NCBI GenBank assembly: GCA_043819795.1 | Contig: JBDREN010000036.1 | Coordinates: forward strand, 1-23,000 | Direction of reading: 5' to 3' | DNA: 23,000 bases | DNA from: Elusimicrobiota bacterium | GTDB taxonomy: Bacteria; Elusimicrobiota; Elusimicrobia; UBA1565 | Part shown: piece by piece, positions 1 through 8,554 of the stretch | How positions within the stretch are numbered: position 1 is the stretch's first letter | Layout: the number at the start of each line of letters is the position of its first letter | The notes under the pieces: generated by a model | What the model saw: only the letters and a program-made list of their open reading frames with translations | What the model was told of the DNA's origin: nothing | The model's database searches: none | Position numbers and translations under genes: made by a program

Positions 1-708
1 GCCCGCCGCGGGTCGCCCGGACGGAGGCGCGGGCCGGCCGTCCCGCGCGCCGTCGAGGTCCATCCCGGTCAGGCGGTTGAGAAGGCTCGATTTGCCGGCG
101 TTGGTGTAGCCGATGATCGCGACCGCCGGCATCGGGATCGACCGGCGCCGGCGCCGCTGGAGCCCGCGGTCGCGCTCCAGCCGCCGTATCGCGCGCTTCA
201 GATAGCCGATCCGGTATTGGATATGCCTGCGTTCGTACTCGATCTGACGCTCGCCGGGGCCGCGCGTGCCGATGCCGCCGACCTGCTGCGAATACGCGCG
301 CCAGCTGCCGGTCAGGCGCGGGAGCATGTAGGAGAGCTGCGCGAGCTCGACTTGGAGCTCCCCCTCCTTGGTCCGGGCTCGCCTGGCGAAGATGTCGAGG
401 ATCAGCCGGGTCCGGTCGACGATCTTGGCCCCGATCTCGCTCTCCAGGTGGAGCTGCTGGGCCGGAGAAAGGTCCTCGTCAAAGATGACCGTGCGGACGC
501 GGTGCGCGCGCGCGGAGCCGGCGATCTCGGAGACCTTGCCGGACCCGATCAGCGAGCGGGGATGGAAGCGCTCGATGCGCTGCGTGAACGTCTCGGCAAC
601 GTCCCCGCCCGCGGTCTCGGCCAGGCGCGTGAGCTCGTCGAGGGCCGCCTGCTCGTCTAGCGGGTCGCGGCCCTTCTGGAATACCCCGACGAGGATTACT
701 TTTTCCAT
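1..708 (-). CDS. hflX: GTPase HflX, N-terminal part (runs off the window start)
   Basis: Not in the ORF track; translated by hand from ATG at 708: MEKVILVGVFQKG...DELTRLAETAGG...IFDEDLSPAQQ...VDRTRLILDIFARRARTKEGELQVELAQLSYMLPRL...GGIGTRGPGERQIE...VAIIGYTNAGKSSLLNRLT. These are HflX signature motifs plus the G1 box. The start overlaps the miaA stop. Confidence 0.97.
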   Translation of the reverse strand, partial: MEKVILVGVFQKGRDPLDEQAALDELTRLAETAGGDVAETFTQRIERFHPRSLIGSGKVSEIAGSARAHRVRTVIFDEDLSPAQQLHLESEIGAKIVDRTRLILDIFARRARTKEGELQVELAQLSYMLPRLTGSWRAYSQQVGGIGTRGPGERQIEYERRHIQYRIGYLKRAIRRLERDRGLQRRRRRSIPMPAVAIIGYTNAGKSSLLNRLTGMDLDGARDGRPAPPSGRPAAG

Positions 709-1709
709 GCCGCTATCCGGAGGGCCTCGGCCCCGCTCGCCCTCGCTCGCGGGGCCCAGGCGTTGAGGGCTTCCGCCACGAGGCTTTCCTGGTCCATCCC
801 CCCCTCGAGCCAGTGCGCGGGGGTCTGCCGCCGGAACCAGGTCCGCTGCCTCTTCGCGTAGGCCACGGTGCTCTTCACCATCCTCTCAAGCCCTCGCTCG
901 GCCGAGAGCTCCCCGCGCGCGCACGCGACCGCCTCGGGATAGCCCAGGCACCGGAAGCCCGGCTCGTCGCCGGTGTAGCGGGAGTCGATGAGCGCGGCTA
1001 CCTCTTTGATCATGAGAGGGAACATCTCCTCGGCCCTGCCGCGGATGCGCCGCTTGAGGGCCTCGTTCTCCCAGCGGATCCCCAGGTAGACGGGCGCGGA
1101 GCCCGCGGAGGCCGTCCGGCGGCCGGCGCGGAGCGTCCATTGTTCGGAGATGGGCCGCCCCGTCAGCTCGATGACCTCGAGAGCGCGCACGACCCGCCGG
1201 AGGTTGGCGGCCGGGATGGCTTTCGCCGCCGCGGGGTCGCGGCGCGCGAGCTCCCGGTGGAGGGACCGGCGGCCTTCCGGTCCGGCTTCGGCCCGGCGTT
1301 CGATGCGCGCGCGGACGGCCGCGTCGCGTCTGGGCAGCGGGTCGAGGCCCTCGATCAGGCTCCGGACGTAGAGGCCCGTCCCCCCCGCCACGATGCCGGG
1401 CCGGCCGCGCCCCGTGATGCCGTCGAGGACCGGCCGCGCCAGCTCGGCGAAGCGGCCGGCGTCGGTCGGCTCCGCGGGGTCGAGCGCGTCGACGAGGTGG
1501 TAGGGGACGCCTTCCACCCGGTAGACGCCGCCGTCCCAACTCCCTGCGGGCTTCGCCGTCCCCGCGTCCAGGAGCCTGTACATCTGGCCCATGTCGGCCG
1601 AGACGATCTCGCCGCCCAGGCGTTTCGCGAGCGCCAGGGCGAGCGCGGTCTTTCCTGAGGCTGTCGGTCCGACGACGGCTATTGTGCGCGCTAGAACTTC
1701 GGAGGCCAA
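696..1709 (-). CDS. miaA: tRNA dimethylallyltransferase MiaA
   Basis: Motifs VVGPTASGKT, EIVSADMGQMYR-LDAGTAKP, VAGGTGLY, RVVRALEV, LGYPE, YAKRQRTWF. The start is uncertain: TTG at 1709 was chosen because it lies just upstream of the P-loop, while the ORF track extends to 1766. Confidence 0.95.
   Translation of the reverse strand: MASEVLARTIAVVGPTASGKTALALALAKRLGGEIVSADMGQMYRLLDAGTAKPAGSWDGGVYRVEGVPYHLVDALDPAEPTDAGRFAELARPVLDGITGRGRPGIVAGGTGLYVRSLIEGLDPLPRRDAAVRARIERRAEAGPEGRRSLHRELARRDPAAAKAIPAANLRRVVRALEVIELTGRPISEQWTLRAGRRTASAGSAPVYLGIRWENEALKRRIRGRAEEMFPLMIKEVAALIDSRYTGDEPGFRCLGYPEAVACARGELSAERGLERMVKSTVAYAKRQRTWFRRQTPAHWLEGGMDQESLVAEALNAWAPRARASGAEALRIAAWKK
720..777. repeat. Family A 45-bp repeat, about 1.3 units, in the miaA 3' end
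   Basis: gagggcctcggccccgctcgccctcgctcgcggggcccaggcgttgagggcttccgcc; encodes AEALNAWAPRARASGAEAL. Confidence 0.85.
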
Positions 1710-2218
1710 TGAGGGGCCTTCTGCGTCTTGGTGCAAAGGAGGTGGAAACTGCATTTCGGGACGCACGCTTCGGGGAGCCCGAGGGAGATGCGCGTCTTGC
1801 AGTCGATATCGTCGTCGGCCATCTGCGCGATCTTCTTCCGGTATTTCATGGCGATCTTCGTGAACTGGATGCCGACGACGAACGTCTCACCCTTCTTCTG
1901 GACACGGACGACCTTCCCCTCTACCGGGACTTGGTCGAGTCCGGGGATGGTGAGCGTCATCTTGAAGATCTTGGCGTGCGGCGGGGCCAGGAAGGTCACG
2001 AGGGACATGCCCCCTTCCGATAGGTTCGTCAGGATGGCGGGCTGCGTGCGCAGGTGTTTCGGGACGACGGCCGCGGACTTGGCGTCATCCTTGGACTTCC
2101 GCTTGTCCTGTATGTCGGGGGCGTAGCGCAGGACGATCGGCTCGACCAGATCGCTGACGACGGCCACCCGGGGGTGGCGGCGACGCTCGGCGGAACGCTT
2201 GCCGTTGGGATGCTTCAT
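1691..2218 (-). CDS. PilZ-domain (putative c-di-GMP-binding) protein with a C-terminal 4-Cys tail
   Basis: RxxxR motif (ERRRHPR), D/NxSxxG motif (NLSEGGM) and PilZ-like strands (VEGKVVRV...VGIQF). ATG at 2218 follows a sigma70-like promoter. Confidence 0.85.
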   Translation of the reverse strand: MKHPNGKRSAERRRHPRVAVVSDLVEPIVLRYAPDIQDKRKSKDDAKSAAVVPKHLRTQPAILTNLSEGGMSLVTFLAPPHAKIFKMTLTIPGLDQVPVEGKVVRVQKKGETFVVGIQFTKIAMKYRKKIAQMADDDIDCKTRISLGLPEACVPKCSFHLLCTKTQKAPHWPPKF

Positions 2219-2225
2219 CGAATCC

Positions 2226-2254
2226 ACGATACCAATAAATCCTTCGGCGCGCAA
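2226..2254 (-). promoter_or_regulatory. sigma70-like promoter for PilZ gene-miaA-hflX (probably leaderless)
   Basis: Minus strand TTGCGC-17 nt-TATCGT with an extended TGn element, then 7 nt to ATG 2218. No Shine-Dalgarno in between. Confidence 0.65.
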
Positions 2255-2261
2255 GCGATTT

Positions 2262-3635
2262 CTAGACCGTGGGCGAGCACTTGAGCGCGGTCGCGCTGCG
2301 GCCGATCACCTCGGCCTCGACGATGCGGCCCGTCGCGTCCGGCTTCGCCTCGTCAAGGCGCGCCCTGAAGTGGTACTGGGTGCGGCCGTCGGTGGGCGTC
2401 TCCAGGAGGATGCGCACGCGTTGGCCGGCCATGCCTTCGAGGTGGACGCGGGTCCGATCCTCCACGACGGCCAGCAGGCGCCGCAGGCGCCGCGCTCTCT
2501 CCTGCGCGGGGACGGCGGGGCCCATGTCGGCCGCTTCCGTCCCCGCGCGCGGGGAGAAGGCGGTGCAGTAAGCGGCGCAGAAGTCCGCCTCGCCCACGAG
2601 ACGGAGCGTCGCCGCGAAGTCGTCGGCCGTCTCGCCCGGGAAGCCCGCGATGATGTCGGTCGAGAGAGCCAGATCCGGGATGAGGACGCGCAGCGCCGAG
2701 ATCTTGTCGAGGTAATCGCGGACGGTGTAGCCGCGCCGCATGGCCTTGAGGATGCGGTCGGAGCCGCTCTGCACCGGGAGGTGGAGGTGCGGGACCACGC
2801 CGGAGCACTCCGCCATCGCTCGCATCATGCGGTCGTCGAGGTGGAACGGGTGCGCGCTCGTGAAGCGGACGCGGCTGACGCCGTCGACATCGCCGACCGC
2901 GCGCAGCAGGTCCGCGAAGTCGCGGCCTTTCGGGTCGCGGTAGCTGTTGACGGTCTGCCCCAGCAGGAACACCTCCCTGGCTCCGCCGGCGACGCGGGAA
3001 CGGACCTCGTCGAGGACGGTCTCCAGGGGGTGGTATGTCTCGCGCCCGCGCACGGAGGGGACGATGCAGTAGGTGCAGCGGTAGTTGCATCCGCGCATGA
3101 TCGTCACGAACGAGCTGATCTCTGAGGGCGCGGCCCCCCCCGGCGCCGCCCCGCTCGTCCCCGCTCGCGGGACCCAGGAGTGGAAGGCTTCCGCCCCGCT
3201 CGTCCCCGCTCGCGGGACCCGGGCGTGGAAGGCTTCCGCCTCGTTCCGGCATCCGCCGTCCTCGGGCCCCCATCCGTAGCGTCGGCGCAAGGCTTCGTCG
3301 AGGATCTCGGGATACCGCTCGATCGATCGCGCCCCCACGACCAAGTCCACGTGCGGGAAGCGGCGCGCGATCCATGCGCCGATCCGCTCCGCGGCGCAGC
3401 CGGCGACGACGACGTAGCGGCCGGGGCGCCGCTCCTTCCAGGCGCGGAGGCGTCCGATCTGCGAGACGGCCCGGTCCTCGGCGTGCTGGCGCACCGTGCA
3501 GGTGCTGACGATGACGGCGTCGGCGTCGTCGAGGTCCCGGGTGCGCGAGAACCCCCGGCGCAGCCATGGACGGGACATCTCCGCGCAGTCCGCGGCGGAC
3601 ATCTGGCAGCCGAAGCTGATCGTATGGAGCTTCAT
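2262..3635 (-). CDS. miaB: tRNA methylthiotransferase MiaB (radical SAM), carrying an internal repeat insertion
   Basis: UPF0004 Cys motifs (FGCQM, STCTVR, AGCAA), radical SAM CxxxCxxC (GCNYRCTYCIVP), LLGQTVNSY, HLPVQSGS, TDIIAGFPGET and a C-terminal TRAM-like region. Near miaA. Confidence 0.93.
   Translation of the reverse strand: MKLHTISFGCQMSAADCAEMSRPWLRRGFSRTRDLDDADAVIVSTCTVRQHAEDRAVSQIGRLRAWKERRPGRYVVVAGCAAERIGAWIARRFPHVDLVVGARSIERYPEILDEALRRRYGWGPEDGGCRNEAEAFHARVPRAGTSGAEAFHSWVPRAGTSGAAPGGAAPSEISSFVTIMRGCNYRCTYCIVPSVRGRETYHPLETVLDEVRSRVAGGAREVFLLGQTVNSYRDPKGRDFADLLRAVGDVDGVSRVRFTSAHPFHLDDRMMRAMAECSGVVPHLHLPVQSGSDRILKAMRRGYTVRDYLDKISALRVLIPDLALSTDIIAGFPGETADDFAATLRLVGEADFCAAYCTAFSPRAGTEAADMGPAVPAQERARRLRRLLAVVEDRTRVHLEGMAGQRVRILLETPTDGRTQYHFRARLDEAKPDATGRIVEAEVIGRSATALKCSPTV
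3146..3246. repeat. Family A 45-bp repeat, 2 tandem units plus a partial, inside miaB
   Basis: Units 3146-3190 and 3191-3235 are 43/45 identical; encodes AEAFHARVPRAGTSG-AEAFHSWVPRAGTSG. Confidence 0.95.
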
Positions 3636-3648
3636 TTCTCGCCGGACA

Positions 3649-3990
3649 CTACGCCAACTCGAAGTAGGTGATGCGCATCTCCTCGTCGGAGCGGACCTCG
3701 CGGCTGTTGGCGACGGCCGCGTTCGCGCGGATCTCCTCGAGCGTCATCCCCAGCCGCGTCGCGGTCCCCTCGTCGAAGTCGCCCAGCCGTCGGACTTCGG
3801 ATCCCGTGATCCGGATCATTCCGCGGGTCTTGCCGGTCTTGTCGACGAGGCGGAGGGTCTCGCCGACCGCGGCCTCCTCCGGGTCGTAAGCCGGACAGGT
3901 GGTCGCGGTCTTGCGACCGGCGAGGATCCGCTGGATCAGCAGCTCGCCCAGGTCGTTGTCCCCGTACCAGCCGAAGCGATAGGCGCGCAT
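3649..3990 (-). CDS. ASCH-domain protein
   Basis: 113 aa; ILAGRKTAT matches the ASCH GxKxxT motif; typical size and ...ITYFEL ending. Possible extended -10 (TGcTAGAAT) about 40 nt upstream. Confidence 0.75.
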   Translation of the reverse strand: MRAYRFGWYGDNDLGELLIQRILAGRKTATTCPAYDPEEAAVGETLRLVDKTGKTRGMIRITGSEVRRLGDFDEGTATRLGMTLEEIRANAAVANSREVRSDEEMRITYFELA

Positions 3991-4051
3991 CCGTTGTCCC
4001 GGGCCCGAACGGGCCGGCCCGACGTCTCAATTCTAGCAAAAGAGGACGGGG

Positions 4052-7000
4052 TCAGCGGGACCCAGGCGTTGAAGGCTTCCGCCCCTCGGGCCCTTGCCCT
4101 CGGGACCCAGGCGTTGAAGGCTTCCGCCGCAGAGCGGTGCGCATCTCCTCCAGCAGACGGTCGGCTTCGGCGCTCTGCGCGTCGAGCAGGCCTCGGGTCG
4201 AGTAGCGCTCGATGTAGTGCAGCTCGCTCAGCGCCCGCAAGGGCGCCAGCTCGGGCCGGCTTCGGGCGACGGCGTCCGCGAACTCTCGAGGGGTCTCCCA
4301 GAAACGGCGGCGCAGGCCGGCGCGGTGGAGCAAGGCGAGCGCGCGCTGGAACCGGCCGGCGGGCGGCCGGCGGAGCCGGCGCAGGCCCGCGAGGACGGCC
4401 GATCCCAGGCCGACGAGCAATAGGGCGGCGCCGGCCGTCTTGAGCAGGCGCCGCATCCAGCGTTCGACGGCGGGCCCGCTCAACGAGAGGCGGAACCTGT
4501 AGAACGTATTGCGCTGCACGAAGCGGTCGTAGCCGATGATGTGCCGGTACCATTTGAACTGGAGAGCGGTGAAGTAGCGGCCGAGGCGCGCGAGCGCGGC
4601 GCCGGTCCTCGCGGAGAAGGTGTCGCTCGGCGGTGTGGCGTCCACCGTCACCCAGCCCGTCCCGTCCACGTAGGCCTCGACCCATGCATGGGCTTGGCCC
4701 TGCCGGACGTCGTAGAACTTGCCGTACTCGTTCCACTCGTCGACGAGAAAGCCGGTCACCAGCCGCGTGGGGACGCCCGCCGCCCGCAGCAGGACGGCGG
4801 CGGCGGTGGCGAAGTATTCGCAGTTGCCGCTGCGGACCCCGAACAGGAAGTCGCCGAGCGTGCGTCCGGCGTCGTCGGAGTAGGTGCTGTAGGCGTAGCC
4901 GTCCCGGAGGTGGCTGAGCACCGCGGCGATCTTGTCTCCGGGAGTCGCGGCCTCGCGCGTGAGGCGCTCGGCGAGTCCGCCGAGGCGCGGATCGCCGTCG
5001 GGGACCTGGAGGAACCGCTCGCGGAGGATGCGCTTGTAGCCGAAGACGTGATCGCCGAACGAGATCGCGGCGGCCGGCGCGCCATGGCCCTTCAATGAGG
5101 ACCCGGCCGCCGGGGGGCGGCTTCCGTAGAGCCGGTAGCGGATGCCGGACAGGTAGGGCGAGCCGAAGTACGCCGTGTCGGTATAGTCGAAATAGGCCGC
5201 GTTGTCCGGCTCCTCTATGGCGCTCAGGCCGTGGGTCGTGAACAGGACCGCGGAGTTGAGCGGGAACATCGTGACCTCCATCGCCGGCCCGCGGACGGAC
5301 CCGCCGGGGAATACGAGCCTCGTCCCCTGGCGCGGCGTCCAGGCCCGGCCCGCCGCGGTGAACAGCAGGCGCTCGTCCACGCGGTACCGGAAGTCCAGAG
5401 CTGTCTTGCTCCAGCGCCGCCCGTCGAACCGGTCGAACGCGCTTCCGCGCACCCGGAGCAGGGGCTCCGGCGGCGCGGACCCGGCGTCGCCGAGCGGCCG
5501 GATGCGCATGACGCGCGCGCTCGACTTCTTGAGGCGGCCGAAAAAGCCCAGGGATACGTTCTCCGTGAACTGCACGACGAAGTCGGCCTTCGGCCGTCGC
5601 TTGTCGAGGCCCATGGCGATGAAGGGGTTCATGCGGCGCAGGGGCTCCAGCCGGGGCGTCGCGGCGAACAAGAGGCCGGCCGTCCCGAGGCAGGCGACCA
5701 GAAGCCCCCCCAGCGCCGCGACGGGGAGCGCCGCTTTCCTTCCGCCCGATTCGGCGAGCATCAGCCATCCCGCGGCGAAGACGGCGTAGAGCAGGAAGAA
5801 GAGGAAGTACCAGAGCGAGATCGTCTGGCCCGACACCAGGAAGAACGCGAGGAAGAATACCAGGAACACCTGCCGCAGCTCCCGCAGCTCCTCCTTTCTG
5901 CTGAGGAACCGGTTGACGAGCAGGTAGATGAGCAGATGCGTGTTCGCCAGCGTGATGCCGCTGTAATGCCAATCGAAGAGCAGGATGTAGGCCAGCGTGC
6001 CCAGCGAGGCCAGCGTCCAGAAGGCGTCGGGCAGGCGGAAGCTTCCCGCTCGGTCCATCCGCCAGGCCAGAGCGAAAAACGGGGCGACCGCCGCCAGGAA
6101 CACCGGGGAGATATCCTCGATGAGAAAGAGCGAAGCGTAGACGAGCACGCCTCCGAGATACGTCCATCCCAGCATCCGCTCGGGCACGCCCGCCTTCGGC
6201 TCCCGCGTCCGGCCGGCGCCGCCGGGGGCGGCGGCGACGGGCCGCGGGTCTTTCCCCGGACCGAGCAGGGCGAGCGCGCGCAGCAGGCGGTCGAGGTGCG
6301 GCAGGCCCTTCCCGTAGCCCACCTCCGACTCCGGGGTGATCAGCCGGACCTCCCCCCCGGTCTGGATTGCGTGCTTGCAGGCCGAGGCCGCCTCCACGAT
6401 GTACCGCTCCGCCGCGGCGCCTCCTCCGGTGAGCGCGACGCGGACCGTGACCTTCGATCCGGCGGGTTCGGCGTACTCGTTGACCAGCACCTCGCCCGAG
6501 CGCGCCGTCAACTTCCAGTTGATCAGGCGCGACTCGTCCGACGGGTCGTAGTCGCGTATCCCGTAGAGCTCGTCTCCCGCGCCCTTGCGCGGCCTCAGCC
6601 GCCCGCTCTCGGACACGTCCGCCGAGAGATCGCTCACCGACCGGGCCTCTCGCGGACGCGGGAACGCGACCCCGATGGCGTGGCGCACGGGGACGGACCG
6701 CTCCAGCAGGCCGAACGGGAACGCGCTTCGGAGCCTCAGTCCCTCGAGCCGGTTGCGCCCGCGGTGCGGCAGGGCCGTCTCGATGCTCGCGGATCGCGTC
6801 TCGCCGGCGTCGATCCGGTCGATGAGAGCCTCGGCATCGGCGGCGCCGAGCCGCAGGCCGATCATGCGGACCGGCCATCGCCCTCCGTTTAGCACGCTCA
6901 CCTCGAGCGGGAACGGGTTCCCGATGAAGACGTGTTCGGGGAAGCGGGCGGTCGCCCTCAGGCCGCGCATGTCGGCCCACAGGGCGGCGGCCGAGACGCC

Positions 7001-7120
7001 CAGCGCCGCCAGCATCAGGCTATAGAGGAGGTAGAGCAGGTTGTTGCCGCTCGCCAGGGCCGCCGCCAGAGTCAAGAGCAGCAGCCCCAGGACGATCCGG
7101 CCGCTCCGGGTGAGCCGCAT
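4052..7120 (-). CDS. Fused DUF58 + DUF3488/transglutaminase (TgpA-like) + DUF4129-like membrane protein
   Basis: N-terminal DUF58 motifs (FPFGLLE, ELYGIRDYDPSDESRLINWKLTARSG), a multi-TM region, then a transglutaminase-like triad (GNCEYFATA, AHAWVEAY, VDATP) and a WETPREF tail. Directly downstream of MoxR. Confidence 0.88.
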   Translation of the reverse strand: MRLTRSGRIVLGLLLLTLAAALASGNNLLYLLYSLMLAALGVSAAALWADMRGLRATARFPEHVFIGNPFPLEVSVLNGGRWPVRMIGLRLGAADAEALIDRIDAGETRSASIETALPHRGRNRLEGLRLRSAFPFGLLERSVPVRHAIGVAFPRPREARSVSDLSADVSESGRLRPRKGAGDELYGIRDYDPSDESRLINWKLTARSGEVLVNEYAEPAGSKVTVRVALTGGGAAAERYIVEAASACKHAIQTGGEVRLITPESEVGYGKGLPHLDRLLRALALLGPGKDPRPVAAAPGGAGRTREPKAGVPERMLGWTYLGGVLVYASLFLIEDISPVFLAAVAPFFALAWRMDRAGSFRLPDAFWTLASLGTLAYILLFDWHYSGITLANTHLLIYLLVNRFLSRKEELRELRQVFLVFFLAFFLVSGQTISLWYFLFFLLYAVFAAGWLMLAESGGRKAALPVAALGGLLVACLGTAGLLFAATPRLEPLRRMNPFIAMGLDKRRPKADFVVQFTENVSLGFFGRLKKSSARVMRIRPLGDAGSAPPEPLLRVRGSAFDRFDGRRWSKTALDFRYRVDERLLFTAAGRAWTPRQGTRLVFPGGSVRGPAMEVTMFPLNSAVLFTTHGLSAIEEPDNAAYFDYTDTAYFGSPYLSGIRYRLYGSRPPAAGSSLKGHGAPAAAISFGDHVFGYKRILRERFLQVPDGDPRLGGLAERLTREAATPGDKIAAVLSHLRDGYAYSTYSDDAGRTLGDFLFGVRSGNCEYFATAAAVLLRAAGVPTRLVTGFLVDEWNEYGKFYDVRQGQAHAWVEAYVDGTGWVTVDATPPSDTFSARTGAALARLGRYFTALQFKWYRHIIGYDRFVQRNTFYRFRLSLSGPAVERWMRRLLKTAGAALLLVGLGSAVLAGLRRLRRPPAGRFQRALALLHRAGLRRRFWETPREFADAVARSRPELAPLRALSELHYIERYSTRGLLDAQSAEADRLLEEMRTALRRKPSTPGSRGQGPEGRKPSTPGSR
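4056..4128. repeat. Family A 45-bp repeat, about 1.6 units, in the transglutaminase 3' end
   Basis: The 28-mer cgggacccaggcgttgaaggcttccgcc is identical at 4056-4083 and 4101-4128; encodes RKPSTPGSRGQGPEGRKPSTPGSR. Confidence 0.95.
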
Positions 7121-7129
7121 CCCGGGCCT

Positions 7130-8089
7130 CTATCGGGGGGCGGGAACGCGCTGGAGGACGTCCGCGACGAGGCGCTCCGCCTCCTTGACGCGGGCCATCC
7201 CGTACTCCCCGCTGTCGAGCAGCAGACGGTGGGCCGCCACGGGTACGGCCAGGCGCTTGATGTCGTCGGGCACGCAGTAGTCGCGTCCGGCCACGAGCGC
7301 GAAGGCCATCGCGGCGCGACAGAGAGCCTGCGAGCCGCGCGGGCTGAGCCCCAGCTTGATCCGCCTGTCCTCCCGGGTGGCGCGCGCGATCGCGACGATA
7401 TAGTCCATCAGCTCATCGTCCATGTGCACCGTCGCCACCCGCTCTTGAAGCCGGGTGACCTCAGCCATGCTCAGCGCGGGCTCGAGGGGCCCCAGGCGCT
7501 CGTTGATGTCCCCGCCCCGCAGGATGCTCTTTTCGTCCGCCGGCGCGGGATAGCCGATCTGCACGCGCATCAGGAAGCGGTCGAGCTGCGCCTCGGGAAG
7601 CGGGAACGTACCGTGGTACTCGACCGGGTTCTCGGTGGCGATCACCAGGTACGGCTCCTCGAGGCGATAGGTCTTCCCCTCGATGGACACCTGCCGCTCG
7701 TTCATCGCCTCGAGGAGGGCCGACTGGGTCTTGGGGGTCGAGCGGTTGATCTCGTCGGCAAGGACCACGTGGCTGAAGATGGGCCCGGGCCGGAACTCGA
7801 AGCGTTGCTCGCGCTGGTTGTAGAGGTTGAGGCCGAGGATGTCCGAGGGCAGCAGATCGTTGGTGAACTGGATGCGCCGGAAGCTCGCGTCGATGGATTT
7901 CGCCAGCGCGAGAGCGAGCAGCGTCTTGCCGATGCCGGGGACGTCCTCGATGAGGAGGTGCCCGCGGGCGATCAGCGTGACGACCGTCTCCAGGACGGCC
8001 TCCTCCTTGCCTATCAGGACGCTGTTGATCCCCGCGATGAGTTTCGCCAAGCCGGCGGTCTCGGCGGTCGTTTCCATGGGCGTTTCCAT
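7130..8089 (-). CDS. MoxR-family AAA+ ATPase (DUF58/transglutaminase-associated)
   Basis: HLLIEDVPGIGKT, RIQFTNDLLPSDILG, LADEINRSTPKTQSALLEAM, FPLPEAQLDRF. Start placed at ATG 8089, directly after a consensus promoter; alternative ATG at 8077. Confidence 0.95.
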   Translation of the reverse strand: METPMETTAETAGLAKLIAGINSVLIGKEEAVLETVVTLIARGHLLIEDVPGIGKTLLALALAKSIDASFRRIQFTNDLLPSDILGLNLYNQREQRFEFRPGPIFSHVVLADEINRSTPKTQSALLEAMNERQVSIEGKTYRLEEPYLVIATENPVEYHGTFPLPEAQLDRFLMRVQIGYPAPADEKSILRGGDINERLGPLEPALSMAEVTRLQERVATVHMDDELMDYIVAIARATREDRRIKLGLSPRGSQALCRAAMAFALVAGRDYCVPDDIKRLAVPVAAHRLLLDSGEYGMARVKEAERLVADVLQRVPAPR

Positions 8090-8095
8090 GGAAAA

Positions 8096-8124
8096 AGTAT
8101 GTCGGGAAACCGGCCGTTTGTCAA
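8096..8124 (-). promoter_or_regulatory. sigma70 promoter of the second moxR (probably leaderless)
   Basis: Minus strand TTGACA-17 nt-CATACT, then 6 nt to ATG 8089. Confidence 0.75.
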
Positions 8125-8254
8125 CGCGACCAAGTCCACGCCGGGGCCGGGCGCCGAAGTCCGGTCGCCGGAAGGGCGACGCGATTCTTCCGATGGGTTT
8201 CCCGACGGTCGGACGGTGCAAGCGCCGCGGGGCGAGCTTGCGGCGGTGAAAGGG

Positions 8255-8548
8255 CTATGGGTTGGCCGGCGAGATCGGCGTGAGCGGCACAGCCGGGACT
8301 CCCGCGCCGCCGGAGGCTCGGGGAGCGGACGCGGAGGGCTCTGCGGCCGCCTTGATTTTCCCGGCCTGGGACTTCTGCCGGCGGGACCGGCGGCGCCTGG
8401 CCCTGCGCCCGAGTCGCCCACGGGGCGCGGGCTTCGCGCCGACCTCCGAGCCGGCCCCGGCGGCGGGCTGCGGAACGTCGCCCTGCCCCCAGGCGGCGGC
8501 GGCCAGGAGCAGCGACAGGCATGCGGCCAGCATCGAATGAGCGATCAC
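8255..8548 (-). CDS. Small hypothetical secreted, basic, low-complexity protein
   Basis: Signal-peptide-like MLAACLSLLLAAAAWG followed by an Arg/Ala/Pro-rich tail. In-frame GTG at 8548 lies 6 nt after a promoter -10. Confidence 0.55.
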   Translation of the reverse strand: MIAHSMLAACLSLLLAAAAWGQGDVPQPAAGAGSEVGAKPAPRGRLGRRARRRRSRRQKSQAGKIKAAAEPSASAPRASGGAGVPAVPLTPISPANP

Positions 8549-8554
8549 CTTATT

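Noticed and set aside
4056..4128. 28-bp identical repeats with a 17-bp gap as a mini CRISPR array
   Set aside because: The 17-nt segments are too short and are similar between loci, the copies lie in ORFs, and no cas genes are present.
5090..5125. CTTCAATGAGG resembling a CRISPR repeat end
   Set aside because: Single occurrence inside a CDS; no array.
8066..8089. 12-bp tandem duplication at the moxR start (METP-METT)
   Set aside because: Real but trivial; it only makes the start codon ambiguous.
8125..8254. Hairpin-rich intergenic region with a faint resemblance to a c-di-GMP-I riboswitch on the minus strand
   Set aside because: Key conserved nucleotides and pairing are missing, and it lies upstream of the moxR promoter. 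An Infernal search against Rfam would settle it.
8297..8341. Possible family A copy in the small secreted gene
   Set aside because: Only about 25/45 identity, which is not convincing at this GC content.
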